Positions 8,880 through 19,488 are shown, numbered from the stretch's first letter. The stretch is 51,918 nucleotides of DNA from an uncultured Thermoplasmata archaeon (GCA_964475625.1 CAYYXK010000004.1:1-51918); one strand, 5' to 3'. Program-made: numbers and translations. The notes: generated by a model from the letters alone, not told the origin.

Positions 8880-10211
8880 ATGGCCGAAGAGCGCGATGTT
8901 CAGGAGATGCTGAGGACCATCGGCGTGAAAAGCGTTGAGGAGCTTTTCAGCGATATTCCGGAAGAGGTCAGGATAGACGGGATAGACATTCCCGAGGGTA
9001 TGAGCGAAATGGAACTCAGAGAGATGGCGAAGGAAGTGCTTTCAAAGAACACCACCATGGGCGAGATGCCGACCTTCCTCGGCGCGGGCGTTTACCGCCA
9101 TTATCTTCCTTCGGCGCTCCGTGAACTTCTATCTCGCTCGGAATTTTACACCTCATACACACCCTATCAGGCCGAGATAAGTCAAGGCATGCTTCAGTCC
9201 ATGTTCGAGTACCAGAGCCTCATGGCGGAGCTCACCGGGATGGAGGTCTCCAACGCCTCCCTCTACGACGGCTCAACAGCCCTCGGCGAAGCCGCGCTCA
9301 TGGCAGCACGCATAACCAGAAAGAAGAAGATAATAGTGCCGAAGGCGATGCTCTGGGAGAAAAAATCAGTGCTGGAGAACTATGCCCACGGACCCGGCCT
9401 TATAATCGAGGCGATACCTTATGAGACCGATACCGGAAGGGCGGACCTTTCAGCCCTGAAAGAGATGGTGGACGAGGACACCGCCGCGGTCTACATCGAG
9501 AACCCGAACTTCTTCGGTGTTCTGGACGAGAGGGTGGACGAGTTCAGGGATATTGCGGGAAATGCGATGCTCATCGTGGCGGCGGACCCCGTTTCCCTTG
9601 GGATAATAAGGCCTCCCGGAGATTACGGAGCGGACATAGTCATTGCCGAAGGCCAGGGAATAGGGATGGCACCCAATTTCGGAGGCCCCCTTTTAGGTAT
9701 ATTCACCAGCCGGAAGAAGTATCTCAGGCAGATGCCGGGAAGGATAATCGGTATGACCGAGGACAGCGACGGAAGAAGGGCTTTTACGATGACGATGCAG
9801 ACAAGGGAGCAGCACATACGGAGGGCGAAGGCGACCAGCAACATATGTTCAAACGAGGCATTATGCGCTCTTGCTTCGGCAATGTACCTCGCGATGCTGG
9901 GAAGGGAAGGTCTCAGAAAGCTGGCAAAACTGAACATGTACAAAGCAAGGGAACTCGCGGAGCGCATATCCGCGATAAATGGTTTCGAGGTGCCTTTCAA
10001 GCCTTTCTTCAACGAGTTCGTCGTGAGATACCCCACCGATTTCGAGAGCATACACGAGGCACTTCTGGAGAACGGAATACACGGAGGCCTGTCCCTGAAA
10101 GAGCATTTCCCTGAACTGGGAGAGAGCGCGCTATATGCAATAACAGAAACCACTCCCGCGTGGGGCGTCGAAAAACTGATAGAAATATTGAAAAGGTTTA
10201 AATGGGCCTAA
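8880..10211 (+). CDS. gcvPA: Glycine dehydrogenase (decarboxylating) subunit 1
   Basis: FLGAGVY, EFYTSYTPYQAEISQG, NASLYDG, FGGP, REQHIRRAKATSNICSN. Confidence 0.95.
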   Translation: MAEERDVQEMLRTIGVKSVEELFSDIPEEVRIDGIDIPEGMSEMELREMAKEVLSKNTTMGEMPTFLGAGVYRHYLPSALRELLSRSEFYTSYTPYQAEISQGMLQSMFEYQSLMAELTGMEVSNASLYDGSTALGEAALMAARITRKKKIIVPKAMLWEKKSVLENYAHGPGLIIEAIPYETDTGRADLSALKEMVDEDTAAVYIENPNFFGVLDERVDEFRDIAGNAMLIVAADPVSLGIIRPPGDYGADIVIAEGQGIGMAPNFGGPLLGIFTSRKKYLRQMPGRIIGMTEDSDGRRAFTMTMQTREQHIRRAKATSNICSNEALCALASAMYLAMLGREGLRKLAKLNMYKARELAERISAINGFEVPFKPFFNEFVVRYPTDFESIHEALLENGIHGGLSLKEHFPELGESALYAITETTPAWGVEKLIEILKRFKWA

Positions 10212-10975
10212 GTCCCCTGAATCACGACGCTCTGAATTATTATGTTCACCTCTGGTTTGTGGAACTGCGGATTTATTTCTATGGTATCCACGCCGTTGAT
10301 TTCATTTAGTATATCAAAGCCAGATATAACTTTCCCGAAAACGGCATATCCGGCACTCTGTGGGGTCGGGTCCAATATTCCGCTATTGTCTTTCATGTTC
10401 ACGAAAAATTCAGATGTTGCGCTATCTGGATCACTGGTTCTTGCCATGGCAACAGTCCACTTTGTGTTGTGCAGGCCATTTTTCGCCTCATTTTTTATCG
10501 GAGGGTACGTCTCGATATGGGTGTTATTGGGATAATACCCACCTCCCTGAACTACAAAGTCCTTCTCAACCCTATGGAACAAGGTGCCATCATAGAGTTT
10601 GTTGCTTGCATATCTTATGAAGTTATCAACGGTTATAGGGGCCTTCTCTCTATATAGTTCCACTTCTATTGTACCCAATATATTTCCGTCCTCACTTCTT
10701 ATATTTATTATTGCTATGAGATTATTTTCTTCTGTATTTCCTGAATCATCCTCCGTGGAATCCGAACCTCCATCCGTCGAATCACCTCCGTCAGAATTTC
10801 CATCCCCATAGTCTATACCTGCCCCGCTATCACTGTTACCCGCCATGAAATACACAGCCGAGCCCATCCCCGCTACAAGAAGGATGACTATGATTATCGC
10901 AACAATCAGTTCTTTTGCCGGCCCCGCCGCTTCGATGTTTTCCTCGCCCGGAATGCTTTTTCTTCTTCGGGACAT
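10208..10975 (-). CDS. Membrane-anchored cyclophilin-type peptidyl-prolyl isomerase
   Basis: APITVDNF, YDGTLFHRV, VQGGG, AMART..PDSATSEFFVN, YAVFGKV; N-terminal TM helix and D/S/G-rich linker. Confidence 0.9.
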   Translation of the reverse strand: MSRRRKSIPGEENIEAAGPAKELIVAIIIVILLVAGMGSAVYFMAGNSDSGAGIDYGDGNSDGGDSTDGGSDSTEDDSGNTEENNLIAIINIRSEDGNILGTIEVELYREKAPITVDNFIRYASNKLYDGTLFHRVEKDFVVQGGGYYPNNTHIETYPPIKNEAKNGLHNTKWTVAMARTSDPDSATSEFFVNMKDNSGILDPTPQSAGYAVFGKVISGFDILNEINGVDTIEINPQFHKPEVNIIIQSVVIQGT

Positions 10976-11098
10976 GGAGCCTTCTTGATATACTGATATT
11001 TAACTCTATCCCATAGGGCAGAAGCTTTGCAGACTGCGAAATCTATTTATAGCGGCTCCGGATTGTGTGATTACCGACAAATTTCAAGGAGGAAAAAT

Positions 11099-13846
11099 AT
11101 GCACGGAATATCATCACATAAAGGATTGATGAAAGCGATTGTGGCACTTGCACTGGTAGCTCTGATGGCGGCAACGCCATTTGCGAGCGCACAGGCCCAT
11201 ACACAGCCTGCAACACGGGCTGATACAGGGGAGCTCGTACTTAGAGTGGCCATGCAGGACGATATCAAGACACTAAACATGCTGAGTGCCGGAGATGTCT
11301 GGACATGGAATGTCATAGGCTGGGTCTTTGATGGACTCACATGGCAGAACGCATCCAACAACGACCATGTCGAGCCATGGGCTGCAGAGTCGTTCCACCA
11401 CGGGCCCGAGAGCACATGGTCCGACAAGCCATATCCGGATAACGACGACAACGATGACTATCAGAACTGGACTGTCAAGCTGAGGGATGGAATAAAATGG
11501 CACGACTGGGAATCCCAGACCGGAGATGACCAGTATGTCAAGGCACACGATGTCATATTCTCACTGAGGCTTGCAGCGGATGTTTCCAGATATGCGGGCG
11601 GCATAGATTGCGTTGTGGCAAGAGATGCTAACGGCAACATGATATATGGAAGGGACATATCGGACAAGATACCCGGCGGCATCTATAAGGGCCCGAACGG
11701 TGATTGGGCCGAGGGGGTGGATGTCAGTGACCAGACAAACTACGGAGACCTCCCCGTCGTTCTCGTTACCGCGGATTCCGACGATCTCACACTTCACTAC
11801 AGACTTATGAAGACATATGCCGATTTCCCGATAGATACCCTCAATGCGCTCATAGTGCCCGAGAGGATATGGAGCACCCACATAGCTGACAAGCTTACAT
11901 GGAGCGACCCGCAGGGGCTCATAAGCTTCGGACAGTACAAGTTCGATTTCTGGAACGAGCAGTCACAGATATCGAGGATAGACACATTCAGGGACTATTT
12001 CAGGCCGGAATACGACCCGATAACCGGTCAGCAGAAACCATACATCGATGGAATACTTTTCAAAGTGTATGGAACCACCGATGCTGCGGTCATGGCCCTT
12101 ACCTCCGATGAGGTCGACTTTATTGCATGGGCAATAGACCCCGGTTTCATAGATACCATAAATTCAGACCCGCATCTCACACTTGTGAGGAATTCGGACC
12201 TCGGTTTCTTCTATGTGGCATTCAACATGAGGAAGCCCGAGTTCGGATATGCAGGATATGACCCCGATGACATACCTTCCGGCGGAGTTCCCACATATAA
12301 TAATGGAAACTATACCGATGTGGGCAAGCCTTTCAGGGTTGCATTCGCACACATAATAAACAAGCAGTACATCGTTTCCAAGTTCCTTCAGGGCTTCGGA
12401 AGCGTAGGTACATCCGTCGTCTCACCCGTGAACTCCTTCTGGTACAACCCGAACATAAAGATATACAACTATGACCCAGAAGCCGCCAAACAGATACTGG
12501 ACAAGCAGGGCTGGACGGATAAAGACGGAGACGGATGGAGGGAGTTCCCCAACAGGGGAGATGACGAGATAACTATGATGACACCTCCGGCCGATTACGA
12601 CCCGATAAGGGCACAGTCCGGCCTTCTTATACAGCAGGACGCACAGAACATAGGAATAAACCTCAAGTCCGTTCCTACGAACTTCGGTACGATAGTCGAG
12701 CAGATAGGAACCCATCAGTTTGACATATACATGCTCGGATGGTCGATCGGAGGCCCGACAGGCTCCGCAACCGCACCCTGTGACTTCTTCGGATCCAGCG
12801 CCGATGGCGGAGGAAACAACTATCCGGGATACCACAACGAGAGCTTCGACAAACTCTGCGAACAGATGAACACCGAGCTGGATATAAACAAGAGAAGGGC
12901 AATAGACTTCCAGCTTCAGGACATAATCGCAGAGGATGTGCCCTACAGTGTCCTATATTACAGGGATGTCCTCGAGGCATACAACAACGAGTTCACCGGC
13001 TGGGTCCCGAGGTATGGTACCATATTCAACTGGTACTCACTGAAAGAACTGAAAGTTCAGCCTGAGAGCAACTACAAGATAGACCTTTCCACACCTACGG
13101 CGGTTAACGGAGGTAGCGATGCAACATTCACAGCCTATGTTACCGACAAGAACACCGGAGACCCCATATCCGGCGCAACCGTCACATTCTCCGTGGATGC
13201 GGGCAACCTTTCGAGCACAACGGTGACAACGGATGTCAACGGAAAGGCAGAGGTAACATACTCCGCTCCAAAACCGCAGAATTCTCTGGGAGTTACGGTC
13301 AAGGCCGTGGTGCACGACAGCACGAACAATGTGGACATCGGTGTGACCAAGTTCGTCGTTGTACTGCCTCCGAGCGAGATAACGCTGAACATAGATACGA
13401 TACCGAAGGATACGATATCCTCCAATAGCGGCGTACCCACCAATCTGGAGATAAATGTGTATACCGGAAGCGGAGAGATGCTTGGCCCGATGGATGAGAA
13501 TATGACCGGAGTCAGCATCAACATACAGATATCTCCCGAAGGTGCGTCCAGCACATATACGGGTTTCGAGAACGGTGCATGGCAGTATCAGTTCACGGGA
13601 GCGGCCGATGAAGGAAAGACCGCACAGTATACCATAACCATAACCGCCACATACAAGCAGGATAACACCACCGTCAGTTCTGCGAGCAAGCAGGTGACCT
13701 TCACGGTCATAGGTCCGGAGCCACCGAAGCCGACCACTGGCGGGAACGAAACTACTACGACAACCCCTGCGCTCGGAATAATACCGATGGTCTTCGCGGT
13801 TTCCTTCGCGGCGGTCGTATACACGGTATACAGGAAGAAGCGCTAA
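11099..13846 (+). CDS. Peptide/oligopeptide ABC transporter substrate-binding protein (family 5) with C-terminal Ig-like domains and sorting tail
   Basis: AGGAGG RBS before ATG 11099; signal peptide; LRDGIKWHD..., YNYDPEAAKQILD..GW; Big_1-like ATVTFSV...TDVNGKA; Thr-rich linker, TM helix and RKKR. Confidence 0.9.
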   Translation: MHGISSHKGLMKAIVALALVALMAATPFASAQAHTQPATRADTGELVLRVAMQDDIKTLNMLSAGDVWTWNVIGWVFDGLTWQNASNNDHVEPWAAESFHHGPESTWSDKPYPDNDDNDDYQNWTVKLRDGIKWHDWESQTGDDQYVKAHDVIFSLRLAADVSRYAGGIDCVVARDANGNMIYGRDISDKIPGGIYKGPNGDWAEGVDVSDQTNYGDLPVVLVTADSDDLTLHYRLMKTYADFPIDTLNALIVPERIWSTHIADKLTWSDPQGLISFGQYKFDFWNEQSQISRIDTFRDYFRPEYDPITGQQKPYIDGILFKVYGTTDAAVMALTSDEVDFIAWAIDPGFIDTINSDPHLTLVRNSDLGFFYVAFNMRKPEFGYAGYDPDDIPSGGVPTYNNGNYTDVGKPFRVAFAHIINKQYIVSKFLQGFGSVGTSVVSPVNSFWYNPNIKIYNYDPEAAKQILDKQGWTDKDGDGWREFPNRGDDEITMMTPPADYDPIRAQSGLLIQQDAQNIGINLKSVPTNFGTIVEQIGTHQFDIYMLGWSIGGPTGSATAPCDFFGSSADGGGNNYPGYHNESFDKLCEQMNTELDINKRRAIDFQLQDIIAEDVPYSVLYYRDVLEAYNNEFTGWVPRYGTIFNWYSLKELKVQPESNYKIDLSTPTAVNGGSDATFTAYVTDKNTGDPISGATVTFSVDAGNLSSTTVTTDVNGKAEVTYSAPKPQNSLGVTVKAVVHDSTNNVDIGVTKFVVVLPPSEITLNIDTIPKDTISSNSGVPTNLEINVYTGSGEMLGPMDENMTGVSINIQISPEGASSTYTGFENGAWQYQFTGAADEGKTAQYTITITATYKQDNTTVSSASKQVTFTVIGPEPPKPTTGGNETTTTTPALGIIPMVFAVSFAAVVYTVYRKKR

Positions 13847-13880
13847 ACCCCTTCCCTTTCTTTAATTATTTTAAAAATAT
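13847..13880 (+). terminator. Possible pyrimidine/T-rich terminator or attenuator after the SBP gene
   Basis: CCCCTTCCCTTTCTTTAATTATTTT directly after the stop codon. Confidence 0.35.
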
Positions 13881-13895
13881 CTGGAGAGTGATTCA

Positions 13896-14873
13896 ATGAG
13901 GCTCCGAGAGTACCTAATAAAAAGAATGATTCAAATCTTCATCACGCTGATAGTCGTACTGGTAATGCTTTTTGTTGTTTTCAGAATGATGCCGGGAGAT
14001 CCGGCTTCCATGGTCATGAGCCCGAAATTCACTGAGGAACAGAGGCAGCTTCTCAGGGCCCAATACGGCTTGGACAAACCTCTGTGGGAGCAGTTCGTTC
14101 TTTACATGAAGAACATGCTTGTTCTAGACCTTGGAATGTCTTTCTACTATTCTCAGCCGGTATTTGATCTTATACTGGTCAAGATCGGGCCTACCCTGCT
14201 ACTTTTCGGTACGGCCATGGTGATAGCATACATACTGGGAATACTGATAGGCGCAGCCATGGCATGGAGAAGAGGAAGTAAGGGGGAGATAGCAGGAATA
14301 GCCGTATCCCTCTTTTTCTATTCCATGCCATTGTTCTGGCTTGCATTGATAATGTTATGGTTCTTTGCATCCCAGATCAAAATATTCCCAATCGGAGGTT
14401 TGGGTGGTAGTGACCCGAACAGCGGCCAGCCATATCCCTTCCCTCAGAATGTCAAGGATATTCTATGGCATCTATCACTTCCTTTGCTTACACTTACAAT
14501 AGCCAGTCTTGCGGGGAACATCCTTCTGATGAGGAATTCCATGCTGGATACTCTGGCAGAGGATTACATCGTCACGGCAAGGGCAAAGGGAATTCCAGAC
14601 AGGAGGATAATGTACAGACATGCAGCTAGGAATGCCATGCTTCCCGTGGTGACATCTTTTGCCATGGGTCTCGGGTTCATAATAAGCGGAGGCGTTCTGA
14701 CGGAGACGATATTTTCCTGGCCGGGTATGGGACGAATGCTTGTGCAGGCCACATTGAACTATGATTATCCATTGGTGCAGGGGGTATTCTACCTTATCGC
14801 AATAATGGTACTCGTGTTCAACGCTGTGGCCGACATACTGTATGCATATCTGGACCCGAGGGTCAGGCTGTGA
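13896..14873 (+). CDS. ABC transporter permease, DppB/OppB family
   Basis: MPGDPA, YGLDKPL, TARAKG...HAARNA, ETIFSWPGMG, LDPRV. Confidence 0.95.
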   Translation: MRLREYLIKRMIQIFITLIVVLVMLFVVFRMMPGDPASMVMSPKFTEEQRQLLRAQYGLDKPLWEQFVLYMKNMLVLDLGMSFYYSQPVFDLILVKIGPTLLLFGTAMVIAYILGILIGAAMAWRRGSKGEIAGIAVSLFFYSMPLFWLALIMLWFFASQIKIFPIGGLGGSDPNSGQPYPFPQNVKDILWHLSLPLLTLTIASLAGNILLMRNSMLDTLAEDYIVTARAKGIPDRRIMYRHAARNAMLPVVTSFAMGLGFIISGGVLTETIFSWPGMGRMLVQATLNYDYPLVQGVFYLIAIMVLVFNAVADILYAYLDPRVRL

Positions 14874-14883
14874 GGTGATATGA

Positions 14884-17244
14884 ATGGTATCAAGAATTAA
14901 AGATAGATATAGGGATTTCAGAAAGGTCTTCAAGGAGAACTGGGCGCTCTTTAGCCAGAGCAAGCTCGGACAGATAGGCCTTTACATAATCATATTTTTT
15001 GTGATAATGGCTCTCTTTGCACCGGTGATACCGTATGCAAACGACAGAGACCCGGTCTTATGGATGGCCCCCGATCAGGATTTAATAGAGATCCAGCATC
15101 TTTGGGGGACGGAAGATAGCAATTATATAGTCACAGTGGCGGCAGGTACGGACGAGAATGGGAATGTCATAACATATCCCGTACTGGACAGGCCCGTCGG
15201 AATGTTATCCGACGGCAGTTCTCTCAATGAACTCAATGATGTGGGCATAAAAGAAGGAAACGGGCAGTGGCTCGAGTCCATATATCTGAGCACAGGCGAT
15301 GTCGGAAAAGGTGTGGTTGACATAAACCCGCTGGACGGCTCTCAGATGCTGCCTGCTCTGGAGAATCCACCTAACGGACATTACTCTAGGATATCCAGTG
15401 CCATACCTTCCGGAATGGGGCCGGTCAATTCTTCCGTTGTGGTCTATGAGTTGAGGCCGGACGACGGAGGCCAGATGGGTCATGCAGGTAACATATACAT
15501 AACGACAACGACGGGGAACATCATAGCATTAAGGGCGGTCGTACACTTCCAAACATCCGGCAGTGCTGACAATCTGTTTCCGATAGACTACTCACTTCTC
15601 TGGACATATCATGTGAATGACAGCATATCGGATTCGGTGGACATCTTCTACGGAGATCTCTTCAACAATTCGGACGACATGATTGTGGTGACATCCGACA
15701 ACGGTCATGTACTTGCATTTAATCCCAACAGCGGGATACCGGTTTGGAGTACAAAAGTAGACGGAAGCGGTTTCTTCTCCCCCATATCGATACACGCATC
15801 CAACATGACCCTTCTCGCTTCCAGAGATGGTCACATATATGCTCTGGACATATACGACGGTTCCGAACTCTGGAACAGGACATATGACGAAACCATGACC
15901 TCGGCCGTGGTAGGTGACGCTTTCAGGAAATACTATGAAAACAATGCCCTACTATTTGCCGGGACAACTGACGGAAGCATATATGGCATCAGAGTCTATG
16001 ATGAGATTTCCAATACAACGGGAAATACAACGGGTGCCGCTAAAAAGGCCGGGGACATAGAGCAGATTATTGACCTCCCGTCCGCCCAAGGGTGCCCTGT
16101 CGGAAGCATCTATATAACCGCATCGGGCAATCCTCAGATATTCGCAGGAACAACGACATATGCCCACGGACAGCCGACGGGAACAGGTGCGATGTACTGT
16201 GTGGATGTGGAAAAGGTCGGTACTGACAAAAATCCGATAGTATGGGACTATCCGAACACTGTCGGAGGAATAACATCAAGGCCGGCATACTTCGACAACA
16301 GGTATGTCTATTTCGCGCTCGATTCCGGAAGCATATATGCCGTGAAGATATCCGACGGTAACATCACATGGAGGGCCACCATACAGGAAGGTGCCCACAT
16401 GATAACGCCTTTGGTGGCAACGCAGATACCGGGTGGAGACGCACAGTCCAAATATGTCACAGTGGCATCGGATGCCGGCGACATGTCACAGCTAAGTACG
16501 GACGGAAAATATCTGGCACCACTGCCGCCTACATGGATACAGAAGGCACCCAGCGGAAACACATACCTGCTCGGCACGGACGCATTCGGAAGGGACATAT
16601 TCAGTCAGCTCGTCTGGGGTTCCAGAATAGCGCTCCTTGTCGGTTTTGCGGCATCGTTCTTCTCGGTCATGATAGGTATCATAGTGGGTGTCGTCGCAGG
16701 GTACTTCGGAGGATGGGTGGATTCCGTCCTCATGAGGTTCACGGATGTCATTCTCGTCATGCCTTTCCTGCCTCTCATAATCGTGTTTGCTGCGGTTATG
16801 GGTCCAAGTATCTGGAACATCATCATAGCCATAACACTGGTGGGTTGGCCCGGAACAGCTAGAATAATCAGGTCGCAGGTTCTTTCACTTAAAGAGAGGC
16901 CTTTCATCGATGCGGCAAGGGTCACAGGAGCCAGCAATGTGAGGATAATGTTCAGGCACATAATCCCGAATGTCCTCCCGCTTGCTTTCCTGTATATGAC
17001 CTTCTCAGTGACCAGTGCGATACTCGGAGAGGCATCGCTGAGTTTTATCGGTCTCGGAGACCCGACGACCATGAGCTGGGGTATGATGCTGTATACGATA
17101 TCCCACGGATCGGGATATACATTGACTGCGTGGTGGTGGCTACTCCCGCCGGGGCTTGCGATAACATTCCTGGTTCTGGGCTTCTTCCTGGTAGGCAGGG
17201 CCTTTGAGGAGATAATCAATCCAAGACTCAGAAGGAGGCGTTAA
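14884..17244 (+). CDS. ABC transporter permease, DppC/OppC family, with a large inserted PQQ-like beta-propeller domain
   Basis: DppC N-terminal TM, then ~500 aa with repeated DG.lyAl...G...W blades, then LLGTDAFGRD...FIDAARVTGA...EASLSFIGLG...SWG...INPRLR. Confidence 0.88.
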   Translation: MVSRIKDRYRDFRKVFKENWALFSQSKLGQIGLYIIIFFVIMALFAPVIPYANDRDPVLWMAPDQDLIEIQHLWGTEDSNYIVTVAAGTDENGNVITYPVLDRPVGMLSDGSSLNELNDVGIKEGNGQWLESIYLSTGDVGKGVVDINPLDGSQMLPALENPPNGHYSRISSAIPSGMGPVNSSVVVYELRPDDGGQMGHAGNIYITTTTGNIIALRAVVHFQTSGSADNLFPIDYSLLWTYHVNDSISDSVDIFYGDLFNNSDDMIVVTSDNGHVLAFNPNSGIPVWSTKVDGSGFFSPISIHASNMTLLASRDGHIYALDIYDGSELWNRTYDETMTSAVVGDAFRKYYENNALLFAGTTDGSIYGIRVYDEISNTTGNTTGAAKKAGDIEQIIDLPSAQGCPVGSIYITASGNPQIFAGTTTYAHGQPTGTGAMYCVDVEKVGTDKNPIVWDYPNTVGGITSRPAYFDNRYVYFALDSGSIYAVKISDGNITWRATIQEGAHMITPLVATQIPGGDAQSKYVTVASDAGDMSQLSTDGKYLAPLPPTWIQKAPSGNTYLLGTDAFGRDIFSQLVWGSRIALLVGFAASFFSVMIGIIVGVVAGYFGGWVDSVLMRFTDVILVMPFLPLIIVFAAVMGPSIWNIIIAITLVGWPGTARIIRSQVLSLKERPFIDAARVTGASNVRIMFRHIIPNVLPLAFLYMTFSVTSAILGEASLSFIGLGDPTTMSWGMMLYTISHGSGYTLTAWWWLLPPGLAITFLVLGFFLVGRAFEEIINPRLRRRR

Positions 17245-17245
17245 A

Positions 17246-18367
17246 ATGGACGAAGTTATAGAGAACAACGAAGTCGTTGAGGAAACGAAAGCATTCGAAG
17301 AAGCCATACCCTTCGAGGAAGGAGAGGACCACCTTCTGGAAGTAAAGAATCTGAAGGTATATTTCGATGTCCTCGGAGGAGAGGTAAAGGCAGTGGACAA
17401 TGTGTCTTTCGCCCTCAAACCCGGTGAAACTCTGGGTCTCGTAGGAGAGAGCGGATGCGGTAAGACAACAACGGCTTTCAGCATAAACCGCCTTCTTCCC
17501 GATAACGGACACATAAAAGGTGGATATATCTTGTATAAGGGAAAGAAGATTGCCGAGAAGGAGGAAGAGATAACCGGTTTCATGAAGGACAGGAAGAAGA
17601 GAAAGATATACAAGGAAAAGGAGGCCATGATGGCGCCAATACGATGGAAGGAGATCGCCATGATCTTCCAGAGTGCCATGAATGCCTTCAACCCTGTCCA
17701 TAAGATCGGGGATCAGATAGTCGAGGCCATCCTTGCGCACGAAGAAGTAAGCAAGGAAGAAGCAATGGACCGTGCAAGAGAGCTTTTCAAGATGGTTGGA
17801 CTGCCTCCCGAGAGGGTCACGGGGTATCCGCATGAATTCAGTGGAGGAATGAGACAGAGGGCGATGATCGCCATGGCCCTCGCATGCAACCCGTCCCTTC
17901 TTATCGCGGATGAACCCACGACAGCTCTGGATGTCATCATGCAGGACAGGATACTGGCGGAGATCAAGAGGCTGCAGAAGAAGCTCGGCATATCCATGAT
18001 AATCATAACGCACGATGTCAGTGTGGTGGCCGAGACGGCGGACAAGATGCTCGTCATGTACGCCGGAAAGATGATGGAATACGGAGATATCGGAGAACTC
18101 TTCCACAAACCCGCTCACCCATACACAATAGGTCTGCTCGGTTCTTTCCCGAGCATAAAAGGTGAGAAGAAGAAGCTGAAGTCGATACCCGGTTCCCCGC
18201 CGGACCTCGTGAACCCGCCGAAGGGCTGCAGGTTCCATCCGAGGTGTAAGCTTGCAAAGCCGATATGCATGGAAGAAGAGCCGCCTCTGGTAGAGATTGC
18301 CGAAAACCACTGGGCAGCATGCCATTTCGCCAGAGAGATATACAGCGGAGAACTCAAGGAGGAATGA
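17246..18367 (+). CDS. ABC transporter ATP-binding protein, DppD family
   Basis: GESGCGKTT, YPHEFSGGMRQR, IADEPTTALD, GCRFHPRC. Confidence 0.95.
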   Translation: MDEVIENNEVVEETKAFEEAIPFEEGEDHLLEVKNLKVYFDVLGGEVKAVDNVSFALKPGETLGLVGESGCGKTTTAFSINRLLPDNGHIKGGYILYKGKKIAEKEEEITGFMKDRKKRKIYKEKEAMMAPIRWKEIAMIFQSAMNAFNPVHKIGDQIVEAILAHEEVSKEEAMDRARELFKMVGLPPERVTGYPHEFSGGMRQRAMIAMALACNPSLLIADEPTTALDVIMQDRILAEIKRLQKKLGISMIIITHDVSVVAETADKMLVMYAGKMMEYGDIGELFHKPAHPYTIGLLGSFPSIKGEKKKLKSIPGSPPDLVNPPKGCRFHPRCKLAKPICMEEEPPLVEIAENHWAACHFAREIYSGELKEE

Positions 18368-19488
18368 ACATGTCCGACAAAAATGTAGTGGTTAATGTCA
18401 AGAAGCTGAAGAAATACTTTCCTGTGAGAGGTGGGCTCATGAGCTCACTCGGCGGAAGCAAAGAACAGAAGTTCGTCCATGCCGTAGATAACATATCCTT
18501 CAAGATCCATGAAGGAGAGGTTCTTTCCCTTGTTGGGGAGAGCGGATGCGGTAAGACCACGACAGGAAGGCTTCTCACAAGGCTTGAAGATCCCACATCG
18601 GGGCATATATACTTCCATAAGAAAGACATAGCGAACATGGAAGGAAAGGAACTGAAGGCCTTCAGAAGGAATGTGCAGATGATATTTCAGGACCCGTATG
18701 AGTCTCTGAATCCAAGACTGACGGTATTCTCCACGGTATCAGAACCCCTCATAGTCCATCATGTGGGAGATACCATAGATGAGAGAGAGGACCTTGTGGC
18801 AAAGGCTCTGGAGGCTGCCGAACTGAAGCCCGCCATGGAATATCTCCACAGATATCCTCACGAGCTTTCCGGCGGACAGAGACAGAGAGTTGCAATAGCA
18901 AGGGCGCTGGCTCTCAGGCCGGAGTTCATAGTGGCGGACGAACCAGTGTCCATGCTGGATGTTTCAATAAGGTCCGGGATCTTGAATCTGCTGCTGGACC
19001 TGAAGGACAGATACAACATACCCTATCTCTTCATCACACACGACCTGTCCGTAGCAAGATACATGAGCAACAAGATAGGCGTGATGTATCTGGGAACCAT
19101 AGTTGAAACAGGAGACAGTGAGGCCGTCATAAAAAATCCGCATCATCCATACACAAGAGCACTCCTATCATCCGTCCCGGTTCCGGACCCGCATTATGAG
19201 AGGGAAAGGAAGAAGATCAAGGGAGACCTTCCGAGTCCGATAGATGTCCCGAAGGGCTGCAGGTTCCATCCGAGATGCCCGTTCGCAAAGAAGGGTATAT
19301 GTGACAAGAAAGACCCGCCGGTCATTGAAGTAGAACCTGGGCACACGGTTAAATGTCACTTCGCAGCAGACATACCGGCAATGGACGAACAGGCGGATTC
19401 AAGCATAGAGGAGAATATGGAACTCGGAGAGCAGCTTCTCAAAGAGACCATGAACACCTCCGAAGACGAAGAGATGGAGTTCGTCTGA
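18364..19488 (+). CDS. ABC transporter ATP-binding protein, DppF family
   Basis: GESGCGKTT, YPHELSGGQRQR, VADEPVSMLD, GCRFHPRCP. Start at 18364 (ATGA overlap) or 18370. Confidence 0.95.
   Translation: MNMSDKNVVVNVKKLKKYFPVRGGLMSSLGGSKEQKFVHAVDNISFKIHEGEVLSLVGESGCGKTTTGRLLTRLEDPTSGHIYFHKKDIANMEGKELKAFRRNVQMIFQDPYESLNPRLTVFSTVSEPLIVHHVGDTIDEREDLVAKALEAAELKPAMEYLHRYPHELSGGQRQRVAIARALALRPEFIVADEPVSMLDVSIRSGILNLLLDLKDRYNIPYLFITHDLSVARYMSNKIGVMYLGTIVETGDSEAVIKNPHHPYTRALLSSVPVPDPHYERERKKIKGDLPSPIDVPKGCRFHPRCPFAKKGICDKKDPPVIEVEPGHTVKCHFAADIPAMDEQADSSIEENMELGEQLLKETMNTSEDEEMEFV

Noticed and set aside
17228-18325. 365-aa minus-strand ORF
   Set aside because: Antisense to the DppD-like ATPase; a common shadow ORF.
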